In this document: one piece after another, positions 50,530 to 60,000 of the stretch
Position numbering within the stretch: position 1 is the stretch's first letter
Layout: every line of letters begins with the position of its first letter
Source of the DNA: Lama glama
Lineage: Eukaryota
DNA length: 60,000 nt
Assembly: GCA_028534125.1 (NCBI GenBank)
Contig: CM052818.1
Span: forward strand, 7,504,001-7,564,000
Reading direction: 5' to 3'
Translations under genes and position numbers: made by a program
Notes under the pieces: generated by a model
What the model was told of the DNA's origin: nothing
What the model saw: the letters and a program-made list of their open reading frames with translations, nothing else
The model's database searches: none

Positions 50530-50690
50530 TAGTCCCATAAGTATTATTATCATTCATTTTTACAAATGAGGAGACTGAGAGTCAGTGAAGTTAAATGACT
50601 TGACCATGTAACTAGTAAGCAGAAAAGCCAAAATTTAAACTTATTCTGATTCTTATGCCTTTATTTTCCCCACTGGGCCATGCTACCTCA
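50530..50690 (-). mobile_element. MIR SINE
   Basis: atttttacaaatgaggagactgaga...gttaaatgacttg. Confidence 0.75.
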
Positions 50691-51439
50691 CAGAAAAAAC
50701 TGAAAGTTATGTGGATGGATACAGTTTTCCATGTGCAAAGCACTCTGAAAACAGGTAAAGCTAAAATTATGCCACCAATTTTGTTTCAGATTCTAGATGT
50801 GTGCTGTGCTCTGTCTCTTGCCTGATTTACTTTCTGTACTTGCCTGACAGAGAAGGTAACAGATGCAGAGTGTGAGAGCAGAAGGAAAACAAAATGTGTC
50901 CTGATGCTAAAGTCAAAATTAACTCTACCAAGAGAGAAAAGTTGAAAAAGGCAATTTTCTTTGTGATAGAGCTCAGTTTAGATCCCCCATGCTTCTATGA
51001 CATTTTACAAATCATAGAAGATACTAGGACTCTACCTTAGGTTTGTGGTTTTTTTTTTCAATTGTTTCTTTAATGGAAAGGGTTGCAAAATTTTAATGAA
51101 TAGATTGTCTAATGTTTCTCACTTACTTGCTTACATGCCTTTCTTTCACTACTACGTTCTATGATCCATGGAGACCTCTATGTCTTATTCATCTGTTTAT
51201 CCCCAGTGCCTGACAAAAGTAGGGACCCTAAAAATAATGATTGGGTGAAGGAACAAATGAAGGAAGGAACAACAGGGAAATTGGTATCTAATGAACAATG
51301 ATACAAAGGTGATTGGGTCTCCAAGGATGAGGCCTTTTCTCTCCCAACTAGAGAATTCTTTCCAGTCATCTCTCAGTTCTCTTGATAGGGCAGGAACCTC
51401 TTTCCTCAAGTCTACAGGGTGCTTAAAAGGCTGATTCAA

Positions 51440-51660
51440 ATTCAGCTAACACCCACTGAGAACCTCCTATGTGTCAGTACAGTGTCTTACGTAAAACATC
51501 TAAAAACCCTGTAGCTATTTTTATCCCCATTTTTCAGATGAGAATGCTTAGGCTCAAAGAAGTTAAAGGTTTTGCCCGGGGTCACACAGCTAATAAGGGG
51601 GAGGGTTTGAAACGGAACCTGGTGTCAGTGAAAGATCAATACACTTGCCACTCCCTCACT
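51440..51660 (-). mobile_element. MIR SINE
   Basis: tttatccccatttttcagatgagaa...ggctcaaagaagttaa...gtcacacagcta. Confidence 0.8.
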
Positions 51661-51699
51661 GCAGCTTCCCCCAGTGCATCAAACCGATGTCCACCCTCT

Positions 51700-51805
51700 A
51701 CCATATTCTGGTAGAATTTATGGCACACTTCTTGCACAGCTTAACATTCCTGAAATGGGGATGCATTTTGTAAACGATAGTCTCTTAAATTACTTGAGAT
51801 GTGGT
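51700..51805. mobile_element. TcMar fossil (MER104-like)
   Basis: ttaacattcctgaaatggggatgcattttgtaaacgat...tctta; family name from memory. Confidence 0.45.
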
Positions 51806-53309
51806 GATAGTTTCTTAAAAAATACTTAATTCACCATCCCGATCCTGTGTCATGACCTCTGACCCAGAGCTAGAGTTGGGGATCTCTCTTCTATTTGTAG
51901 TGTCAAAAAGAAACTGAAAGAACCTAACTGCAATAATTTAAAGAACAGGTGGAAGGCATCCCTGACCAACAGTGTTTTCTGCATTGTTTTTATTTCCTCA
52001 CTTAACTATCAGCAATTCTTAGCTTAATTTATAGCAGTTTAATTGGCATATTTCCTTTTAGTCCCAACTGAGATCATCTCAGAGGCAATGAGGATTTTGA
52101 CCGGGCATGAACTGGAGGGCAGTTAGGGAGTGGAAGCTCTTTGAAGGGGCAGTGGAGTATTTGGGGAAAGATAAGAAAGTGTCTCAGGGGAAAGTTAAAC
52201 AGTAGGGGCTGGGTTAAGGAGTGGAGCTTAAAATAGAATAAACATTTTAAGATGGTAAATAAATACAGTCTGAACAAAGACTATCATACATTAAAAAGAA
52301 TATTTGTAAGAGGCTATGGCAGGATGATGAGCAGAGGGAAGCTCTTATTTCACACTTATGAGTAAGTTAACCCAATGCTCAGGGTGAAGTGAAATAGTCC
52401 TTCATTTATATTTTGATGCCAAAACCATTTTAAAATCACTAATTACTGCACTACTCTAAAATAACGATCACCTTTTGTGTCTATTATCAACCAAAAAATT
52501 TCTCAAAATTAAATATCTCATTCTTGATCAACGAGCAACTAGGAGGCCAGGAATCTCCTGCATTTGACCCAGGGTCATTGGATCCACTTTTCCTGTCTCA
52601 TCTAGGAAGACTAATCAGCTCAACAAAAATTTTGTCCTAACCCAGAAGTCACAGGTCAGTTTCTACATCAGGACCAGTGCATCCAGTTCTGTGCCCAGTG
52701 GGCACAGCAGTGAAATCTTAGCCTCTGTCTCACTGACCTGAAGGGTCTGTATCCCAGTTTACTGTGCAAACCAACACGGTGCCTACCATATCTACAGCAC
52801 CATCTAACAGCACTTCAACCTACAGTTCCTGACAAGGGGATGGCAGGGGATGTGGAGGTCAAGGGAGACCCCAACATTTTCCTTAAGCATAGGTGGTCAT
52901 GTTTTGTATCTCATGACATAATCTCATGGTGCTTGCTAATTGGACCAGAGGAAGGCATCTGACTCAAGGAAAGCCTATCTGTAGACTACTTAGCAGCCTA
53001 TGAAGTCATCTGGTTCAAGACCACTTTCTGATGGTGTCGAAATGAGTCCTAGCTCTTTGAAAGACGAATAGAACAGGGATACAATAATGCAGAAAAAGAC
53101 AACTGGCAATCATAAGTAGGAGGAGACCAACACAGAAAGAGCAGATTCAAAGGGAGAATCTAAGTTACTGTAGTAGTGGAACAGGAGTGATTGACAGCAA
53201 GGATCCTGAACACCCCTCCAGTTCTATTTTCTGAGACCACTGGCCATGAATACTGTTTTTCCTGAGATGTCTTACTTATTCAGATTCATCCTGAGTTTTC
53301 CTGAGCTCC

Positions 53310-53652
53310 AGTGCATTGGTCAAAACTGGCTAAGTTTTGTAACAAGGATGAACATCTCTGTAGTTTAACACAACAGAAGATTATCTCACATTTTGCAGGA
53401 TCTGCTCCAGGTCGAGGAGACTGTCTAGGGCATATGTCCTTCAGCATTCCAGACTTCTAGCTGAAAACTGATCATTGGCTTTTAAATACTTCTCCCTATG
53501 TGTGATCTATTACTGCTACTTGCAGCCATTGGTCAGAGCTTATTACAGGGTCTACTCAAGGAAGATGTGAAATGGGATTTTTCCAAGGACTGAGAAGAAA
53601 ACTGGAAATATGGGTGAATCAGGTTCTTAAATATGGGATACTTGCTACCATA
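53310..53652 (-). mobile_element. MaLR LTR (old MLT1)
   Basis: gtaacaa...catctctgtagtttaacacaacag...ttggcttttaaatacttct...cattggtcagagct. Confidence 0.55.
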
Positions 53653-54054
53653 CCTTTAACCTTTCCTTGGTGCCTTATGTTAATCATTTTAGCTCCTCCT
53701 GTGCTTCACTGAAACCCATCAGGTAGTGTTACATTCATGTCATTTACTCACCTTTGATTCACTCTTAAACACACCTTAGCCACACCTCTTGCCACTAGCA
53801 AATTTGATGCTTCATGAGAAATAGCAAATCTTATAGCAAGCAGGGACTTGCACTGTTGAGTAGATGCTTTCAGTAACCCTTTTATCCCTTCTAAAATAAG
53901 AACAGTAGCAGAGAATGATGGATTTTTGCCATGTGGTAAGGAGGAGGGAGAAGATAATAAGAGCTAATGAGATCATCTCAGTAGAACCAAACTACTGTAA
54001 TTTATTTCTTTGCAAATTACTATAAAAAGAGTAAGTTCAATCTAAAAAGGAAAA

Positions 54055-54285
54055 AAAAGAGCTAAAATTTACTGAGTCTCCACTATGCACCATACTTCAC
54101 ACAGACATTATCTCATTTATTTACCACCAAACAATATCGATGGGCTAGATGTTACTATTTCTAAGCTGATCAAACCGAGACATGAAGAGGTTGTATGATT
54201 TTCCCAAAGTCACACAGCTATGATGACTGAGAATTCAATCCAGTCTTCTAAATCCAGATCTCCAAATCCATGCTTTCACAATTTC
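54055..54285 (-). mobile_element. MIR SINE
   Basis: gctaaaatttactgag...attatctcattta...cccaaagtcacacagcta. Confidence 0.75.
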
Positions 54286-54623
54286 ATGAAGCAGAAGCAG
54301 CCGCAAACCTAAAATACATTCTGGGAGAGACATTCCAGATTTTCTGGGGCTCTTCCTAGAAGAAATAAGATTCAGGAAGGATTGAATTGATTTTGGGAAA
54401 GCCCCCAAGGCTTTTGAAGATGGTGGTCTCATGCATTTACTTATTCAGAAAGATTTAATGAGTGAGGATGCAAAGGAAGTGAAGGTGAAAAGGTTGAAAA
54501 ATCCCTGTTCTCAAGCTGTTCACTAAATTTAAGCAGAGCCCCACGAGGAAACAGACAATTATGATATAGTAGGATAAGAGTTATGATAGGATTAAGCAAG
54601 TGGTGTTGAGGGTCCTAACCCAA

Positions 54624-55068
54624 TGTTACCATTCAGTTCCCTGTGAAACAGACTCTGAGATGGAGATTTATGTGCGGAAGGCTTGCTTTCATGATCAACA
54701 CCTGTAGAAAGGAGTGAAAACTGGACAGAAGAATAAGCTCGGCTGTGATGCAGTTGCAGCAAAGTCCCCAGCCTTTCCACAAGAGAAATATGGGGCTAGG
54801 ATGGCCTGCAGAGTTATCCCAATTGGGGCAGTGGGACCAGGCACTTATACCTCTGTATGCTTCTGTGATTAGTCATTGTATATGAGCTGCCCCTAGGAAG
54901 GAAGGCATGACCTTAAGTAAGTGGCTCTCTTCAACCAAAGGTAATCTTCAAAATGAAATCTGGCAGAGATGTAAAGTGCTACCAGCACTCTCGGGAGTTA
55001 GGAGAGTGAGTGTTTTCGTCCTGAGGAGGGTAGGGGAATCCAAGCAGCTCACCATCACATCCATCACA
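54624..55068 (-). mobile_element. ERVL solo LTR (LTR16A-like) nested in L2
   Basis: aaacagactctgagatggagattt...gctgtgatgcagttgca...catccatcaca; TG...CA termini; 5-bp TSD-like cccaa/cccac. Confidence 0.8.
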
Positions 55069-56141
55069 CCCACCTCCAGGGAAGGTTTCCTGGAGAAGGT
55101 GACCCTGGAGCTGAGTCCTAAGGACAAGCAGGAGTTACCCAGGAGAAGGGCATGTACAGAGACATGGCAGCCTGGGGAGAGTGCATTCACGGCGGTTTAT
55201 CAGGCCTGTAGGAATGAATAACACACTAGGGAAAGAAGTAAGGGCTGAGGTATAGCTGCAGATGCCAGACCCTGCAGAACATGACCTGCCGTGCTATGGA
55301 GTTTGGACTTCTTCCTGAAGGCAATGAGAAGGCATTCAGAATTTTTATTCAGAGAGTGATATAATCAGATTTGCTTTGTAGAAAGATCATTCTGGCAACA
55401 GGTAGAGAATATATTAGATGAGGATGAAACTGTAGGAGGGAAGCAGGCTGATTAGGATGCTGTGACAATGATCCCAGAGAGAAGAGTAATACTTGAACTG
55501 CCAAGCAGCGGTAGCAGGGAGAATGGCTAGAAGAGGACAGACTGTTCCCAGGGATATTCAGTGGGCAAAACTGAGAAGACTTTAAGACATCAATTAAATG
55601 TTATGGGTAGGGAAAATTAAAAAGTCAAGAATGACTCAGAGGTTGGTTCCATCCATTTGCTGATATAAATCTGGAGGGAAATATGCTCAGTTCAGTTCTG
55701 AATATATTGTCCATGGTGCGTTCATGTGGAGATCTCCAGCTACAGATATGTGCCCTCCTCTGGAGCTCAGGAGGGAAATTTAGGTTGGAGATAGAGTTGG
55801 AATCCACATGTGGATGGTAGTAGAAGCCATGGAAATAGGCAAGATCACCCAAGGAGAATATTCTAAAGTGTACACCAATACAAAAGAAAAACAGTATTTA
55901 AGATGGAGGGGAGTCCACAAAGAAGTGCTAGAAACTGTAGGAGGAAAATCGGGAGACAGGGATGTCTTGCAAGAGAAAAGAGAGGAGAGTATTAAGAAGT
56001 TCCAAGAGCGGTGAATGCTGCTAAAAAATCAAGCCAGACAATTTTCCAGAGGAGTGGGTAAGTAGGGGTTCACTGGTGACCTTGGCAAGGCACATTTCAA
56101 TGACATGGAGACATGGAGGGTCAGAACAAAGAGAATAAAGG

Positions 56142-56499
56142 GAACAAGGCTGAACCTTGAAGATATTATGCTAAGTGAAATGTCAGTCACCAAAGGACAC
56201 ATACTGTATGATTGCCCTTTAATGAGGTACACAGAGCTGTCAAAGCCAGAGACAGAAAGTAGAATGGTGGCTGCCAGGGGCTCATGGAGGGGTGGGAGGC
56301 AGGAGGAATAGAGTTATTGTTGAATGAATGTAGAGTTTTAGTTTGGGAAGATGAAAAAGTTCTGGAGACAGATAGTGGTGATGGCTGCATGATAATGTGA
56401 ATGTACATAATGCCACAGAGCTGTACACTTGAAAAATGTTAAAATGGCTAATTTTATGTTATACGTATTTTACTAAAAAAAAAAGAAAAGGATAAAGAA
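56142..56499 (+). mobile_element. L1MB-like 3' end nested in L2
   Basis: Encodes the L1 ORF2 C-terminus NLEDIMLSE; gaaagtagaatggtggctgccagggg...A-rich tail; TSD agaataaagg at 56132-56141 and 56500-56509. Confidence 0.85.
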
Positions 56500-59400
56500 A
56501 GAATAAAGGAATGAATGAAGGATGAGAAAATGGAGGGACTGAATGTAGCCCTCTCTCAGGAAACTTGACTGGGAAAAGAAGGAGAGGGGTAGGGTAAGAG
56601 CTAAAGGAAATTGTAGGTCCCGGAGGGCATGTTTAGGAGAGAGCTAGTAAAAAGGCTTTTTGGAGATATCAAAGGTATAGCAAGAAGAAGCAGTACTGTG
56701 AGCTGTGCGAGACAGAATGATGGTAAATAGGGACCTTGCAACCTGCTGCTGAATCTCATGCTGGTGAACACAAGGGAAGTAGAATGACATAACCGGAGAA
56801 TGAATTTTGACCCTAAAGGATGGCAAAAGGTCTTGCTCACCCCAAATGATGAACTTACATTGAGAAAATTTAGTAAATCACTAATGCTCTCTTTAAGTTT
56901 AAAAATCAACATCTAGTTCATTGTGACTGTTTTAAGCAGCAAATAGTGGTCACACAAGTCCCTGCCAGATAAATTGGTCAATCACATGAAGTAGTGTGTC
57001 ATATATGATGAATAGACACAATGATAATACCGTGATATGTTAGGTTTTATTTGTCAATTACATGTGGAATGATGTTTTATTTAAGAAAGGGCAAAAACAT
57101 TTATGAATTTTGAGGCTCACCAAAATTTCAAGGATGAGTAGTGTCTAAATTTCAAGAAAGAGTATAGTCTAAAAATTGCATTCTTAAATATTTCCCTATT
57201 TAATTAAATTTGAATTCACTATATGTTATTTTTATAGTATGTTATTTAAAATACCTACAAGAAAAATATATTCAAGTCATGGGTTCCCTTGAGTCATAGG
57301 GGAAAAAATAGTTAAGTAAAAGAGCAAATTATTTTCTCCAGAGTGAAAAAAAGAGGGGCTCTGTTTAGAAGCACCACATTTAATTCACATATTTTTAGTC
57401 TGGCTAAATGGCCTCTACAAATTATTATGACACACAGAGATAAAGCTCAAACATTGCATTGTATTTGTTTCTGTCTAGACATAAAAGTTTATGAATTACA
57501 AAGACAGGAATCTTTGCTATATCTATTGATGAACTTACACATATACTCACAAGTGCTTGTGGGAGATTTGGCTGTTGGCCATGATTATGTGAATTCGTAT
57601 CATTTCTTAGTTATATAAAGACACAGCACCAGGAAATCAAGTACAAAATGAAGTGTTCTTTCTGTTCTAGTCTCCTGACTTGAATTGAGTCTTGGGCTTT
57701 CTGTGGTAGCTTTTAGATCCAATCTATATGAATATGTAGATGGTTTAAGAGCCTCCCTGTTTGGTACATGTGTATGATCTTGTCACTAAAAAATACCTTC
57801 AGGGTCATACTATGAGTCAGTAATAAAGACACTGATTTATAACTTTCTATCTCTATGTATAATTATATATAATATATAAAAATATAATTTTATGGGGACA
57901 TCTATATGCATTATCTCAAAAAAGAAGTAAATTTAAAATCTTTATTGGAGATGTAAGAAGTACCTCATAACTGTCACAAAAGATATATAATACAAGTATG
58001 ACACAAAGATAAGTATGTCTTAAGAGCCACCAATATCACATCTATTGTGTATGCATGGACATTAGGAAATTGAGGATATGCTACATTAAAAATGAAAGAA
58101 GACATTGTCCTCTGAGGTCTGGAACATGTGAACCAATAAAAAATTGTAAGGAGAAAAAGGAAAGGAAATTAAAAGATTAGTCTTTTCTGAGAAGATGTCA
58201 AGCAGGTGGAGATAAGTTTCCCTTTCAACATTTTCTTTAATAAGCAAGAAATAGGTATGTCCTGTCTTTCTACTTCTGCTAAAATGCTTCCTTTAAAAGG
58301 GAAGGATACAGGACATTATGTTCTTTTAATGAGCCTACCATCTGAGCCTCATCGAAGTGTGCAAAGTACCATTCTAGGCCAGTTACTCAGTTGTTGCTTT
58401 GACAAGGCCTGCCATTCTGATTCAATATTTAAATGATTCCTTAGAAAATGTAATTATATTAAATGTTTTTAAAAGAAGTATATTCTCATACATGGTTGAA
58501 ATAATAGATGATAGACTCTTTCTAACGTACAGATTAATCAGTATACATGCACCATATGAAGATCTAAGCTGGAAGAAAGAAATTTCAGAGTATCTCTAGC
58601 ATAAGAAAGCTTCGTAAATAGATTTCTCTCTATTGTTATAAACTCAGATCCTGTTTCATAAAATGTATGAATTCTATCGGAAGACCTATTCAAAATCAGT
58701 TACTTTCAATTAATTATTTATTCTAAGTTTCTAATGAGTGTGGAACCTAACTTTAGAAACCCTGATGTTCCTAAATATCATTAGAAATCATAGTAAAAGT
58801 AAGATTTTTCTAAAAAATATTTAGACCATTACCCTCTATGGTATCCAAACATTTTGAGACAAAAATCAAAGTGAATGGTGTAACGTGATTTCTAAGCAGA
58901 ATATGAACATTGGAACTCTTTTGGAAAATTTAGAAGAAGTGAAGGCTCAGGAAGAAAATGTTTTCCTTTCTCTTGTACTTTAAACTACATCCAGTTCTTT
59001 GATTAAAAAAAACCCCACAATTAACAAGAGGGCTGGAACAAAACTTAACCTTTATTTGTAATTATGTTTTTGTCATTGACATAAAGCACCACCTTTGAGT
59101 TCACAAATTTATGGGTCTAAATTAAGTAATTATCTCCCACACATAGTTTTCTTGCATCGCAGTAAAATGTTAAAGCTATTCAGTAACGAATAGTGTTTTT
59201 GTTTGTTTGAATGTTGTCTGTGATCATTGACCAATTGAAACAATTTTAGTAGCTATTTTTAAATTATTACAAATTTTTATTAAAAATACGTCCAACACCT
59301 AAGCAGGACATGGGACTTCAAAGGAGCATTCAAGTCAATAAAACTAATGTGCAACAGATGAAAATATGGTTTTCTTATATTTCTAGGAATACTTTCCATC

Positions 59401-60000
59401 AATTCTTTTTTCAAATGCTCCCTTGACATTACTGGAATGTAATGTTTTCTAACAAATATTTGAGTTAACTGAAAGCTACTTGATAAGCAATAGTTGGCTA
59501 ATTTTTTTAAAAGATTGAAATAAATCCATTACACCCAAATTCTGTTGATTGTAGTTTTTAGCTTCTTTGCCTTTTTAGAGCTCAGAAGGCACATTATGGA
59601 TCATAATTACCATGATGAGACCAACTGAATACAGCCCTGTACATGGGAAAGTGTAGGAGACACAGTTAAGCATTGCATTTAACACATGCTGTAAACAAAG
59701 TAAACCCTTTGTTTACTTGGCATTGATTACCTGAATTTTAAGTTCAGAAGCCTTTGAAGAACATCTGGTGTCCTTTTTTTCCCCTCCCAGAAATATGGCA
59801 TGGGGGGGAATCCCCATTATTTTACCTTTCTAATAGCTTGAATTCCTGATAAATTATAATTTCTCATAACTTGTAGAAACACTTTTTAGATGCTGTGTGA
59901 TTCATTATTAACACAGAATCCAACTTGGTGTTAAAGTGTTGGGACTATTTTTCTTGAGCCCTGTGACACAAAAGAGTATTAACCTTTATTTGTCTATTTG

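Larger units (their letters stand above)
54431..56640 (-). mobile_element. Long L2 copy interrupted by an LTR and an L1
   Basis: gaaggtttcctggagaaggtgac...gagtttggactt...agatcattctgg...gtgaatgctgct (RT SAAF motif)...ggtgaccttgg. Confidence 0.8.

Noticed and set aside
56105..56311. 68-aa ORF with NLEDIMLSE
   Set aside because: Remnant of the L1 ORF2 C-terminus
1..60000. CRISPR arrays, operons or other prokaryotic/viral systems
   Set aside because: No regularly spaced repeats or gene-dense coding sequence; composition and repeats are those of a mammalian nuclear genome

Overview
Mammalian non-coding DNA, most likely camelid (alpaca/llama/camel), judged from a Vic-1-type tRNA-derived SINE and the apparent absence of Alu, Bov-tA or PRE-1 SINEs. 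It is intergenic or deep intronic and repeat-rich (MIR, L2, L3/CR1, old and young L1 fragments, MaLR/ERVL LTRs, MER DNA-transposon fossils), with a 500-N scaffold gap at 47977-48476. I recognise no protein-coding gene: the ORF track is chance ORFs or decayed LINE sequence. The clearest non-repeat feature is a 3'-truncated, tail-less 7SK snRNA retrocopy (24533-24773) flanked by a perfect 16-bp target-site duplication. It keeps most of its CpGs, carries substitutions at HEXIM-binding positions, and sits just upstream of a CpG-rich promoter-like segment (~24.9-25.4 kb). A second CpG-rich promoter-like element (~7.5-7.8 kb) has a perfect 12-bp POU-type palindrome and is followed by two candidate non-coding exons. 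A few candidate minus-strand exons suggest possible lncRNA or 5'UTR transcription. Repeat names and the 7SK comparison come from remembered consensus sequences, not a database search, and repeat boundaries are approximate. I found no convincing evidence of a new biological system.
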